In this document: piece by piece, positions 17,520 to 26,899 of the stretch
Layout: each line of letters starts with the position of its first letter
Position numbering within the stretch: position 1 is the stretch's first letter
From: a virus
Lineage: Duplodnaviria > Caudoviricetes
Reading direction: 5' to 3' (one strand)
Virus record (IMG/VR): IMGVR_UViG_3300043220_000070
Coordinates: 11,577-75,576 of that record
DNA length: 64,000 nucleotides
Notes under the pieces: model-generated
What the model was told of the DNA's origin: nothing
Seen by the model: the letters and a program-made list of their open reading frames with translations, nothing else
Database searches by the model: none
Made by a program: the position numbers and the translations under genes

Positions 17520-20151
17520 CCACTGTCCTGCCTTAGCCAAGACCCGGCGCTGCATTGTGAGTGGCGCCGGTGTCCGGGACGCCACGATAGCGTTCGTTGG
17601 GGAAGGCCCGGGACAGGTTGAGGACGACAAGAACCGGCCGTTTGTGGGTAAGGCGGGGAGGGTGCTGCACGTCATCCAGTGGGCGGCCGGTATCGACCAG
17701 TACAAGGTCTTCCACACTAATGCCACACGCTGCTGGGGCAAGCGGAACCCGAAGCCTGCCGAAGTAGACGCCTGCCACGACTACCTCATTGAGGAACTGC
17801 GGGAGCTCAACCCAACCGTCATTGTGGCGCTGGGAGGCGCCGCCATCCGTTCCCTCTATCGCCCGGGCATCACTGTGGGCTCGGTGATGGGCTTCACCCT
17901 GTACAACGACGAGCTCCCCGGTACCCCCATCATCCCAACCTATCATCCCTCCTACATCATGCGCGGCCACTGGAATGAGGTAGCGTTGGTCATCTCCCAC
18001 TTCCGCAAGGCAAAGCGCATCGCTGAGGCGGGGGGTATTGAGGAGAAGCTGGGCTCCTACGTGGGCGTCACCACCCTGGAAGACCTACGGGCGCTTCGGG
18101 ACTATCTGCTCGGGCCGGACGTGGAGAGCATCGCCATCGACACGGAGACTACGGGTCTTTCCTGGATGGATTCAGAGCTCCTCTGCATCAGCTTCTCTGG
18201 TGAGGTGGGTACGGGCTTCAGCGTCCCCATCCTCCACCGCGGTGAGCGTACTGTCATGAAGGAGAAGGGGCGGGGTAAGAACCGCAAGGAAGTAGAGGAG
18301 ACGGAGTGGTGCCCCGTCCCCTACTGGCCGGACGATGAGTTTGAAGAGGTCTACACTATTCTCGGTGAAATCCTCAGTTCCGATAAGCCTAAGGCGGGTC
18401 AGAACATCGGGTTCGACCTACGGATGCTGGAGCGCTCGCCCTATGAGGCAGCGGTGACGGCCCGGACTGCTCTAGGGTTCCAAGTAAACAACGTGAGGCA
18501 CGACACCCGGCTGCTCTCCTCTCTCCTATCGGAGGTGAGCCCCGCCAACCTCACGGCCCTTACTGCCTACTGGACAGATATTCCATATTATGAGGCTGAG
18601 GTGGCCGGCATGAAGTCCCGGATGTGGGAGGTTGAAGATAAAACTCTATGGGAATACGGAGGAGCCGATGTCGATGTGGTGCAGACCCTCGTGCCCCTGC
18701 TCCACCCCAAAGTGCAGGACGAGGGCACCGACTGGGTGTATGAAAACATCTCAATCCCACTAATTCGCTGCGCTACGAAACTAGAGGAGCGGGGTGTCTA
18801 CATCGACCAAGAAGCCTTCGACAAGCTCTGTCGGTATTACAAGGCGCACCTGAAGGAGAAGAAGGAGGAGCTGAACGAGACGGTGGGTCGGGTGGTGGAG
18901 CACCCAACGCACTACCAGCACGTCCAGAAGCTCGTCTTTGAAGACCTGGGGCTCCCCTTAACTAATGAAGCAACCGATGGGGCCGCCAATGAATGCGATA
19001 AGTGCCGGAAGCTAAGTAGCCCCTGCTCATCGGCCCACGCTAAGACCTCAGCCGATTCCTTGAAGGAGCTGAATGAACGGTCTCCTCACCCCGTCCTACC
19101 CCTACTCATTGACATCCGCACTGATGAGAAGCTCTACAGCACCTACCTTGAGGGGGGTGGGGGTGGTGGGTTCCGCCCCCACATCCGCGCCGATGGTCGC
19201 ATCCACGCCCGCTGGAATGCGGCCCGTGCCGCTACCGGCCGCTTCGCCTGTGAAGAGCCCAACCTTATGAACCTACCCAAGGGGGTGGAGATTCAATCCG
19301 ACGAGTACGACATCCACTCCAAGGATGCCCTACGCGCTATGCTTGGTGCACCCCCCGGCTACGGGCTACTCAACGCCGACTGGAGTCAGGCGGAGGTCTG
19401 GGTCATGGCCTATGAGACCAAGGATGAGACGCTACTCCGGCTGCTGATGGAGGGAAAGGACATCCATGCCTACGTCGCCCGGGAGCTCTGCAAGCTGGGA
19501 GTCTCCAGCAAGTTCCCCAAGGGGAGCGTGGATGAGCCCCTCTCACTAGAGGAGTGGAGGGACAAGTACAAGGACATCCGCGACCGCGGAAAGACTTTCG
19601 TTTTTGGCATGAACTACGGTCTGACGGCCGAAGGAGCAGCGCAACGCCTAGGATGCTCCAAGGAGGAGGTATCCCCCCTCCTAGCGTACTACGTCCAGCA
19701 CATCTTCCCCGGAATGGGGCCGTACTTCATCTGCATTCGTGAAGAAATGTTCCGAGACGGGTCAGTTAGTGACCGCTTTGAGCGCCGGCGCCACTTCGCT
19801 GAGGTGCCCCTCCTGGCGGCGCTACGCTACCGCGGAGACCTGGAGGGAGCGGTGCGCCAGGGGTACAACATGCCTATCCAGGGTGGGGCGCACGACCTGC
19901 ACTCTCTAGCGCACATCGCCACCGAGCGGGAGCTCTCGCCGTTCATTGAGCCTGTACTCGAAATGCATGACAGCCTTATGTCCTACCCCCCTCTCGACCG
20001 CCTTGAAGAGGCGGCGGCCGCCATCAAGGAACTGTGGGAGGACGTGGCGCGCAATACCATCCTACCGTCCGGCGAGCGGCTTGCGTGGGAGATTCCCGTG
20101 GAGGTACAATGGGGGAGGAGCTTCGGAGATTTGGAGGTGCGCCTTGAGTGA
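17485..20151 (+). CDS. polA: Family A DNA polymerase with N-terminal family-4 uracil-DNA glycosylase domain
   Basis: UDG: CSHC, GEGPG, RPFVGKAG, NATRC, YHPSY; Exo: IDTETTG, NIGFD, YGGAD; Pol motifs A DWSQAE, B KTFVFGMNYG, C MHDS. Confidence 0.95.
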   Translation: MTSTLPPNQKCSHCPALAKTRRCIVSGAGVRDATIAFVGEGPGQVEDDKNRPFVGKAGRVLHVIQWAAGIDQYKVFHTNATRCWGKRNPKPAEVDACHDYLIEELRELNPTVIVALGGAAIRSLYRPGITVGSVMGFTLYNDELPGTPIIPTYHPSYIMRGHWNEVALVISHFRKAKRIAEAGGIEEKLGSYVGVTTLEDLRALRDYLLGPDVESIAIDTETTGLSWMDSELLCISFSGEVGTGFSVPILHRGERTVMKEKGRGKNRKEVEETEWCPVPYWPDDEFEEVYTILGEILSSDKPKAGQNIGFDLRMLERSPYEAAVTARTALGFQVNNVRHDTRLLSSLLSEVSPANLTALTAYWTDIPYYEAEVAGMKSRMWEVEDKTLWEYGGADVDVVQTLVPLLHPKVQDEGTDWVYENISIPLIRCATKLEERGVYIDQEAFDKLCRYYKAHLKEKKEELNETVGRVVEHPTHYQHVQKLVFEDLGLPLTNEATDGAANECDKCRKLSSPCSSAHAKTSADSLKELNERSPHPVLPLLIDIRTDEKLYSTYLEGGGGGGFRPHIRADGRIHARWNAARAATGRFACEEPNLMNLPKGVEIQSDEYDIHSKDALRAMLGAPPGYGLLNADWSQAEVWVMAYETKDETLLRLLMEGKDIHAYVARELCKLGVSSKFPKGSVDEPLSLEEWRDKYKDIRDRGKTFVFGMNYGLTAEGAAQRLGCSKEEVSPLLAYYVQHIFPGMGPYFICIREEMFRDGSVSDRFERRRHFAEVPLLAALRYRGDLEGAVRQGYNMPIQGGAHDLHSLAHIATERELSPFIEPVLEMHDSLMSYPPLDRLEEAAAAIKELWEDVARNTILPSGERLAWEIPVEVQWGRSFGDLEVRLE

Positions 20152-20299
20152 GCACACACCACCCTTACACATCGTCTGCGGCCGGCGTCACTGGCCCGGG
20201 TCGTGCCCCCAGGAGGATGGGTTGAAGGCTCGGGTGTGGTACAAGCTGTCCGTCCTGGCTGGATGGATTACCCCCTGGAGAAATGGGCACGATGACTAG
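20148..20299 (+). CDS. Small hypothetical protein
   Basis: GTGA overlap with polymerase stop; within track ORF 19946..20299. Confidence 0.45.
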
Positions 20300-20921
20300 G
20301 GGTAAGGAGCCCATTACCCGTGGGCCAGATGGTCTGATGCCGGCACAGCGAGAGTATCTTCAGAAATATGCTGAGACCGGTACTGAGGCTGAGGCGCGTC
20401 AAGCCCTAGGTCTCTCGAATCGGCGTATCGCGCGCTGGCACCGGGAAGAGGAAGCCTTCCGCAAAGCCTACGACGAGACGATTGGCAGCGTCCACGAGGC
20501 TGTTGCCCAACGCCTCAAGGGTGTGGAGGAGGAGCTGCCAGACGCCATCCGCCGGCTGATGCACGGTGTGAAGCCCATCCCAGTCAAGTGCCCCGGCTGC
20601 GGTGAGAAGTTCACGGTGGACGTGGAGAACCAGACTGTCCAGGCGCGCATTGTCGAGATGATGATGAAGGCCCAGGGGCACCTAAAGGACGTACGGCGCC
20701 TCGAGGGTGAGGCGCTTATCACACACTTGACATTGGGACAGCGCATGGCGCTCTCCCTGCACAATTTGGGCAAAGAAATTAGCGCGCAGAGCCGCCGCGA
20801 CCTCATTAATCTAAGGCTCATTGAGGAGGAGGTGCGGCCCCCTGACGACCCCAACGTGGTGGAGGGCGAAGTCCGCGAGGTCGATGCAGAGAAGGAGGAA
20901 AGCGATGACGATTCGCGGTGA
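20283..20921 (+). CDS. HTH protein resembling a terminase small subunit
   Basis: QREYLQKYAETGTEAEARQALGLSNRRIARWHREEEAFRKAYDE; CxxC insert; C-terminal VVEGEVREV. Confidence 0.5.
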   Translation: MGTMTRGKEPITRGPDGLMPAQREYLQKYAETGTEAEARQALGLSNRRIARWHREEEAFRKAYDETIGSVHEAVAQRLKGVEEELPDAIRRLMHGVKPIPVKCPGCGEKFTVDVENQTVQARIVEMMMKAQGHLKDVRRLEGEALITHLTLGQRMALSLHNLGKEISAQSRRDLINLRLIEEEVRPPDDPNVVEGEVREVDAEKEESDDDSR

Positions 20922-21096
20922 GACAAGCGACTTACTCAAAGATGTCTACCTAATCGCTCATGTGCAGGCGATGCTGGATAAGGACGCCCTGAGCTTGGCC
21001 GTCGACTGGGCGAGTCTTCGGGTGCGTGCCGAGGGTGTGCTAATCCGTGAGGGCGTTAGCCTGCCCAAGTTGCCAGACCCACCCAGTGTGGAGTAG
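20905..21096 (+). CDS. Hypothetical protein
   Basis: SD AGGAGG before ATG 20905. Confidence 0.6.
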   Translation: MTIRGETSDLLKDVYLIAHVQAMLDKDALSLAVDWASLRVRAEGVLIREGVSLPKLPDPPSVE

Positions 21097-21116
21097 GGTG
21101 CAACTAGCGAAAACTA

Positions 21117-21129
21117 TTGTGTAACACAA
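21117..21129. promoter_or_regulatory. Isolated perfect TTGTG-N3-CACAA palindrome
   Basis: TTGTGTAACACAA in the intergenic gap before the KTSC gene. Confidence 0.6.
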
Positions 21130-21169
21130 CCAATTTCGTAACGTTGTAGGTAGTGAAAGGAGGTGCCCC

Positions 21170-21406
21170 GTGGCTAAGTTTTTACCGGTAGTCTCACAGG
21201 CACTAGTCTCCGTGAAGTACGAAAGGGAGCAGGCCCGACTGGTCGTCCAATTCGGAGAAGACAGCTTCTACGAGTACGATGGCGTGCCGGGGGACGTGGT
21301 GCTGGACTTCATGTTCGCCGACTCCATCGGCTCCGCCTTCTCCGCTTTGGTGAAGAAGGGCGGCTTCCAGTTCAGGAAGCTACCCGCAGACCAGGCCGGC
21401 ATCTAA
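21170..21406 (+). CDS. KTSC domain protein
   Basis: SQALVSVKYEREQARLVVQF...YEYDGVP...FMFADSIGSAF. Confidence 0.85.
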   Translation: MAKFLPVVSQALVSVKYEREQARLVVQFGEDSFYEYDGVPGDVVLDFMFADSIGSAFSALVKKGGFQFRKLPADQAGI

Positions 21407-21413
21407 GGGAGAA

Positions 21414-21719
21414 GTGATGGCATGGGAAAACGAAAGCGGCGACAACGACCCAAGCAGGTGGCCAACCGCCAGCACCCGGTTGAACTGGGCCAGGAACAAT
21501 TATCTGAAGAGCGAGTACACGATGCAGCAGAAGCTCCAGAAGTTCCTGGTGCAGTTGATGAACCTGATAGCCCTGGCCGACCTAATCGAGGAGGAGGGCG
21601 GGGAGGCGGTAGTGACGCCCAAGCAGAAGAGGGCGTGGGTGGAGCTATACCAGGTGTGGCGCCCTACCAAGCAGGTGGGCCGGCCGAAGAACGGTTCCTC
21701 AACTGGCCCCACCGAGTAG
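21414..21719 (+). CDS. Hypothetical protein
   Basis: SD GGGAG; more protein-like than the overlapping N-terminus of track ORF 21422. Confidence 0.55.
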   Translation: MMAWENESGDNDPSRWPTASTRLNWARNNYLKSEYTMQQKLQKFLVQLMNLIALADLIEEEGGEAVVTPKQKRAWVELYQVWRPTKQVGRPKNGSSTGPTE

Positions 21720-22879
21720 TCCAGACCCCGGAAGACCTGCTGGAATTCGGGGAGTGGCTCCAGGTACTGGGGGGAGAGGTGGACAAGACACCGGTGGGTA
21801 TCGCCGCCTCACGTAACGAGCTGGCGCTAGCGACTAAGGCCCAGGGCTGGCTCCTCATGATGCGCGATTGGCCCCCCCTCACATCCCAACCTATCGTCCA
21901 GAGCGTGCTGGGTAAGGCCCTCACAACCGAGCGGACAGCCCCCGCCCTCGTCACCCGAGACACCGGCCGGCTCATGGTGGCCCTAGACGAATGGCTGGGA
22001 GAGTACGACCGAGACACCCTGCTCCCCAACATCGTACACGACATGGGCGCATTGGAATACGCGACGGGGCGGGCTATCGCTCGAGACCAATCACCTCTCA
22101 AGGACGCACTGGATTGCGCCGTTGTGGGGCCAGGGCTGGCGCTAGAAGCCCCCCGCTTCTACCGGGAGGTGGGAATGCCCCTCGTGCGGCATAACGCCCG
22201 GGGGCTCAATTATGAGTCTCTCGGTACCAATTCTGAGACAAGTCGCTGGACTCTCACCTATGATTGGCTCCTGTTCAAGATGCTGGCCCACTACACCCGT
22301 GACCCTACTCTCATCCGGTGGTTCCAGGAGGGTAGGAGCCCCATGCAGGAGTTCGCCAGCTACCTGGAGCTCGACTCGAAGGAGGCAGTGGCGTTCCTCT
22401 TGTGGATGGTGTGTGGAGAGAGCGGGGAGCTCGTCAGCCGCTACTACCCCGACTGGGCTGCTTGCCTACCGGAGTCCCTCCAGCTCATCAAGGCGTCCCG
22501 GGTGGACAAGAACCTCCCAAACCTCCGCATGGGGCTCATCCGCCTGACCGACCAGTACGCCACAGCCCGCAAGACCACAACGATGTACGGGCGCCGCTCC
22601 CCGTGGGGCCTGCGGCCGGAGGAGCTCCTGCACTTCGTCATCATGGGTTCGGTAAATGATTTACTGGATGTCGTGGTGGCCTCCATTATCGACATGGGAA
22701 GCGAGCAGCATTGGCTCGTCCCCGCGTCCGAGTCCAAATACAGTCACTGGCTCCGAGCTCAGATAGTGGGTTACACTAAGGAAAACTCTATGGAGTGGCA
22801 ACAGAATCTAGAGAAGTTGGGGACGCTTAACAATCCCTTGGGTGTGGTGCCACTCGAGCCCCGGGTGAGTGTTGAATGA
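21656..22879 (+). CDS. Degenerate (predicted inactive) family A polymerase paralogue; track start 21422, probable start GTG 21656
   Basis: Colinear similarity by eye to exo domain and to motif A/B regions of the 17485 polymerase, with catalytic residues lost. Confidence 0.75.
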   Translation: MAPYQAGGPAEERFLNWPHRVVQTPEDLLEFGEWLQVLGGEVDKTPVGIAASRNELALATKAQGWLLMMRDWPPLTSQPIVQSVLGKALTTERTAPALVTRDTGRLMVALDEWLGEYDRDTLLPNIVHDMGALEYATGRAIARDQSPLKDALDCAVVGPGLALEAPRFYREVGMPLVRHNARGLNYESLGTNSETSRWTLTYDWLLFKMLAHYTRDPTLIRWFQEGRSPMQEFASYLELDSKEAVAFLLWMVCGESGELVSRYYPDWAACLPESLQLIKASRVDKNLPNLRMGLIRLTDQYATARKTTTMYGRRSPWGLRPEELLHFVIMGSVNDLLDVVVASIIDMGSEQHWLVPASESKYSHWLRAQIVGYTKENSMEWQQNLEKLGTLNNPLGVVPLEPRVSVE

Positions 22880-23070
22880 TATACATCACGCCTACATATG
22901 ACCCCTACAAGGGCGGGATACAGTGCGCCGCATGGGTCTGGAAACGAGACACGTACCGGTACACGGGGGGAACTCCCAGTGGATTCACAATGCACTACAA
23001 GAAAACCCACTGTAGACGTTCTACCAAGCGAGGATTTACCCTCTGTTGGCAGCACGAGAGGATGAGGTAG
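22876..23070 (+). CDS. Small basic hypothetical protein
   Basis: ATGA overlap. Confidence 0.55.
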   Translation: MIYITPTYDPYKGGIQCAAWVWKRDTYRYTGGTPSGFTMHYKKTHCRRSTKRGFTLCWQHERMR

Positions 23071-23075
23071 AACAT

Positions 23076-23558
23076 ATGAGCTGCCACCCCACCCATTTTG
23101 AGGCACCTCCCCTACCCAACGTTCCCGAAGAGCAGGTAGAGAAGAACTGGGAGGAGTTTCGGAAGGAAGACCGCGTTGACCCGCGGGCTATCCGCCGCCA
23201 GCACCGCTTCAAGCCCGGCCACGAGCCGGATTACCTCGAACCTGAATCAGGTTGGAAGTATGTGCGGTTGGAGCAGGAGTCCGACGCGGAGCCCGACCAA
23301 CTTGACCTCCTCACTGGCGGCCCTGAGAGTGGATTACCTTGCGAGCGATGTGGTACAATGACTGTGGTGGGTGGCGAGACCACCATGTGGGAAATCTACC
23401 AGCAAGAGAACGTGAGCGTAGTCAACATCGACGACATCACCGAGAGCCGACGCCAGGAGCTTCAGGAAACGATAGTCGTCATCCTGGTGTGCCCGGAGTG
23501 CAAGCTGAAGACGCAGTGGCTCGAGGAGTTTCTGCCGCGGAAGTTGGGCCACGACTAG
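23076..23558 (+). CDS. Hypothetical zinc-binding protein
   Basis: CERC...CPEC; SD GAGGT. Confidence 0.65.
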   Translation: MSCHPTHFEAPPLPNVPEEQVEKNWEEFRKEDRVDPRAIRRQHRFKPGHEPDYLEPESGWKYVRLEQESDAEPDQLDLLTGGPESGLPCERCGTMTVVGGETTMWEIYQQENVSVVNIDDITESRRQELQETIVVILVCPECKLKTQWLEEFLPRKLGHD

Positions 23559-23569
23559 GGAGGTGTGAA

Positions 23570-23803
23570 GTGAAAATCAACGTTGAGATTTCCCAGAACC
23601 AATACGTAGGGGAGCATCAGTATGTGCCTGCTCTCATCGGTCTAACCATTGCCAACCCCACAGGTGCTAAAGGCCCCCATGCTTACTTGCGCCCAGAGGT
23701 AGTCACCTTCATTGACCTCACAGCTAAACAGGCCCGCGAGCTGGCCCAGGAGCTTCTTCGTAACGTTGAGAAGGTTGAGAAGGGGGAGGTGCGGGACGGG
23801 TGA
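23570..23803 (+). CDS. Hypothetical protein
   Basis: SD GGAGGTG before GTG 23570. Confidence 0.6.
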   Translation: MKINVEISQNQYVGEHQYVPALIGLTIANPTGAKGPHAYLRPEVVTFIDLTAKQARELAQELLRNVEKVEKGEVRDG

Positions 23804-24087
23804 CTGACGAGCTGAAAAGCCGGTTCCTAGAACTGTACCCCCCACACACCTGCGACCAGTGTGGCCTGGAGCACGTCCGTGTCCCCCACATCCACATAAC
23901 TGCCCATGTGGAGGGTAAGGAGGTGCAGGTGGGTTTCGCTCCCTTCGAGCTGGTGGGAGTCGTCGAGGGCTCGGTGCGACCGGGTAAGGATACGGAATTG
24001 GACACCCCGGCCCATGTCTACGGGCTGTTTTGGGGGCCGCCCGGAGCCCAAGAGCCTGCTTACACGAGCATCCTCTACATGAATTAG
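23800..24087 (+). CDS. Hypothetical protein
   Basis: GTGA overlap; CDQC. Confidence 0.6.
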   Translation: MTDELKSRFLELYPPHTCDQCGLEHVRVPHIHITAHVEGKEVQVGFAPFELVGVVEGSVRPGKDTELDTPAHVYGLFWGPPGAQEPAYTSILYMN

Positions 24088-24088
24088 A

Positions 24089-24274
24089 ATGCTAGCGAAG
24101 GTAAAAGTGCGAGGTTCGCCCTACCGGGCTGTAAAGCCGGGAGCTATTGGGGAGGTAGTGGAGGTGAAATTCCGCGACACCCGTCAGGAGCATTTCAAGG
24201 TGCGCTTCAAGGACGGTTCCCTGTGGTCGTTCTACTTCAATGAACTGGAGATACTCGATGCCTCCCAAGTGTGA
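24089..24274 (+). CDS. Small SH3/KOW-like protein
   Basis: VKPGAIGEVVEV...FKVRFKDG...NELEIL. Confidence 0.6.
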   Translation: MLAKVKVRGSPYRAVKPGAIGEVVEVKFRDTRQEHFKVRFKDGSLWSFYFNELEILDASQV

Positions 24275-24704
24275 ACACAAACAGCCAACATTCCGCGCTA
24301 AGATGCACATCCCCGCCACATCGTGGCACCCACACACAGACCGGACGCTGGAGGTGAAGAAGACCACCGAGTGGGAGGCATGGGCGCACCTGATGCGCGC
24401 CACTCTTACAGCCCTTACGCATGGGAACGGCCGGCTGATGGTGGGCTATTGGGGGGATGCGTTGAACACCCTGCCACCCGAGGTGCGGACGGCGATGGTC
24501 TCCGTTCTCGCCCAGGGCTTGGGTCTGGAGATACGGCCGGCCAAGGACGTTCCCGACACCATCGAAATCACCCTTGTCCCCCGGTACCCACCGTTGGTGG
24601 GGGAGCAGAAAACGGAGTCCGGCCTGGTTCTTCCGAAGGGCGCTGGTGGGAAATCGGAATTGGTTCTTCCTAATGACCCGCGGTTCGGTAAGAAGGAGAA
24701 GTAG
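24258..24704 (+). CDS. Hypothetical protein
   Basis: SD GGAG before ATG 24258. Confidence 0.6.
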   Translation: MPPKCEHKQPTFRAKMHIPATSWHPHTDRTLEVKKTTEWEAWAHLMRATLTALTHGNGRLMVGYWGDALNTLPPEVRTAMVSVLAQGLGLEIRPAKDVPDTIEITLVPRYPPLVGEQKTESGLVLPKGAGGKSELVLPNDPRFGKKEK

Positions 24705-25853
24705 ATGGCTGACAGAATATGTGCTCTCCCCTCGTGTAACGCCCCGGCGCGTGCCCGGTCGAAGTATAGTAGTGACGCGCACCGTAAGGAAGCCGCGCGA
24801 GCTACCTACCGTACTAGGAATAGCGTGCAAGACCATCGGACGGATAAGGTCAACGGGCAGCCCATGAGCCCCGACGAGTTCCGGGAGGTAGCTGACCAGT
24901 ACCTCCACGACCGTATCCCCCTTCCGGCGCCGCCGGACAAGGTGGTGGCAACTGCCATTGAAGACATGGGATTCGATACCCCCCAGCACGCCGTTGCCTG
25001 CTTCTCTGACTACCACTTTGGTGGCAAGGTAGACCCACAGGTGACGGGGGGGATTGGCGGGTACGATGTCGCCACAGCCCGCTACCGGCTCCTCGACTGG
25101 AGGGATGGTGTCCTACGGTTCACCCAGATGATGCAGGCCCTCATGCCCGTCCCTGAGCTCCACATCCTCGCTCTCGGCGACGACATGGAGGGGAACGGCC
25201 ACATGTTCCCGACTCAGGCCCTCCAAATGGAGATTTCGGCCTACTTCCAGTACCTGGGTTTCGTAGAGGACATGACGGAGGTCTTGGTCTCCTTCCTCCA
25301 GAGGTTCGAGAAGGTGCACATTTATAAAGTTTTCGGCAACCACGGGCGCCTGTCCAGCTCAAAAAAGGAGAGCTTTGACCCCGATAACTTCGAGCTGATG
25401 GCCTGGCAGACCATTGCGGCACGAGTAGAGGCCGCGGTGCCGGGGCGCTTCACGTTCGACATTAGTCCTGCGTTCTTCATGCTGGTCGACATCCTGGGGT
25501 GGGAATTCTACCTCCGGCATGGTGATGGAGTGAACCTACGCGCGACCTACACCGGGGCTCTCGACACGAAGTTGGCGACAAACAGCATCGTGGGGAAGGT
25601 CATTCCCTACATGGTGCTGGGCCACCACCACACCGCCACGGAGGATGAGGCGGAAATCGACGGGGACATCATCTCCAATGGTTGCTTCGTCGGGCCTTCT
25701 CTACTGGCACTACGGATGCGCCGGCCGCGGGCTAATCGCCCCAGTCAGGAGGTCTTCTTCATCCACCCCCGTAAGGGCATCACCCACCGCCACCGGGTTC
25801 ATCTCGCCACCCGGGAGGAAGTCCGCCAAATCAACACCATTAAGCGCACCTAG
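24705..25853 (+). CDS. Calcineurin-like metallophosphoesterase with N-terminal degenerate zinc ribbon
   Basis: SDYHFG, LGDDMEG, GNHGR, RHGD, LGHHH. Confidence 0.85.
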   Translation: MADRICALPSCNAPARARSKYSSDAHRKEAARATYRTRNSVQDHRTDKVNGQPMSPDEFREVADQYLHDRIPLPAPPDKVVATAIEDMGFDTPQHAVACFSDYHFGGKVDPQVTGGIGGYDVATARYRLLDWRDGVLRFTQMMQALMPVPELHILALGDDMEGNGHMFPTQALQMEISAYFQYLGFVEDMTEVLVSFLQRFEKVHIYKVFGNHGRLSSSKKESFDPDNFELMAWQTIAARVEAAVPGRFTFDISPAFFMLVDILGWEFYLRHGDGVNLRATYTGALDTKLATNSIVGKVIPYMVLGHHHTATEDEAEIDGDIISNGCFVGPSLLALRMRRPRANRPSQEVFFIHPRKGITHRHRVHLATREEVRQINTIKRT

Positions 25854-25903
25854 AGGTGAAACGTCTGGCGCAAGGATGCGTTGTACTGGGAGAGGAGGTG
25901 CAT

Positions 25904-26293
25904 ATGGAAGGCTTTTTGTATATCGCAGGCCCCTACCGTGGGCCGCGTGGTACCCACGACCACTCTGAATACTTCGCAGTCGACGCCAACATCAACAAAG
26001 CCCGCGAATGGGCAGCGAAGTTTGCCCGTGCGGGTATACCCTTCTTCTGTCCCCATACAAACAGTGCCCATTGCGAGGTCATCACTCCCGATGTGCCCGC
26101 CGACTTCTGGTTGGCGATGGACTTGAACATTCTCGTTTCTGCAAGGGCTCTCTTTCTCATCCCAGATTGGACGCTCAGCGCCGGCGCCTTGGCAGAGCAC
26201 CGGTTTGCGGCTGAGCATCGAATCCCTACCTTCTTTTACGACGGTTTTGATGCCCTCCTACAGTGGTGGAAGGAGGAACCATCCGATGACTGA
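25904..26293 (+). CDS. DUF4406/DUF1937-like protein (nucleoside 2-deoxyribosyltransferase fold)
   Basis: YIAGPY...N...A...FFCPH...WLAMDL...IPDWTLSAGALAE. Confidence 0.75.
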   Translation: MEGFLYIAGPYRGPRGTHDHSEYFAVDANINKAREWAAKFARAGIPFFCPHTNSAHCEVITPDVPADFWLAMDLNILVSARALFLIPDWTLSAGALAEHRFAAEHRIPTFFYDGFDALLQWWKEEPSDD

Positions 26294-26474
26294 TATGTAC
26301 ATTCGTCTCACATACGACGAGTACAAAGCCCTGGAGGAAGCACTGAAGAATTTCGCCGCGCTGGAGAAGACACACACCTCCGGCGACAAAGACGAGATGT
26401 TCTACCACTGTTCCTTCCGCATCCCCCTGGGAAGCCTCACCCTAGAGGTACACGGCCCGCTCGTGAAGCCCTAA
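26286..26474 (+). CDS. Small hypothetical protein
   Basis: SD AGGAGG before ATG 26286. Confidence 0.6.
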   Translation: MTDMYIRLTYDEYKALEEALKNFAALEKTHTSGDKDEMFYHCSFRIPLGSLTLEVHGPLVKP

Positions 26475-26476
26475 CC

Positions 26477-26899
26477 ATGAAGCTCTACTTAATTGGGTCG
26501 TTGAGGAACCCCCAAGTCCCCCTGCTCGGCAAGCGCATCCGAGCCCTAGGCTTCGACGTATTTGATGAGTGGTTCGGAGCTGGGAGGGATGCAGATAAAT
26601 CCTGGCAGGCTTATGAGGAGACTCGTGGGCGACACTATGGAGAGGCACTTTATGGCCGGGCAGCCGTGAACACCTTCCAGTTCGACCTTCGCAACCTAAA
26701 CAACTCCGACCTCGGCGTCTTACTGCTACCTGCTGGGAAATCGGGCCATCTCGAGCTGGGGTACCTCATCGGACAAGGCAAGCCGGGCTTCGTCCTTTTC
26801 CCTGAAGTGCCAGCTCATTGGGACTTGATGTATCAATTCGCTCAGGGGGTGTTCTTCCATCCAGACGCCCTTCTGCACACACTGAAGGAGTTCCTATGA
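26477..26899 (+). CDS. Nucleoside 2-deoxyribosyltransferase/N-glycosidase-fold protein
   Basis: LYLIGS...FDVFDEW...FDLRNLNNSDLGVL...GKSGHLELGYLIGQGKP. Confidence 0.75.
   Translation: MKLYLIGSLRNPQVPLLGKRIRALGFDVFDEWFGAGRDADKSWQAYEETRGRHYGEALYGRAAVNTFQFDLRNLNNSDLGVLLLPAGKSGHLELGYLIGQGKPGFVLFPEVPAHWDLMYQFAQGVFFHPDALLHTLKEFL

Noticed and set aside
21422-21655. N-terminal 78 aa of track ORF 21422..22879
   Set aside because: Low-complexity off-frame reading of ORF 21414..21719; polymerase-like similarity begins after GTG 21656
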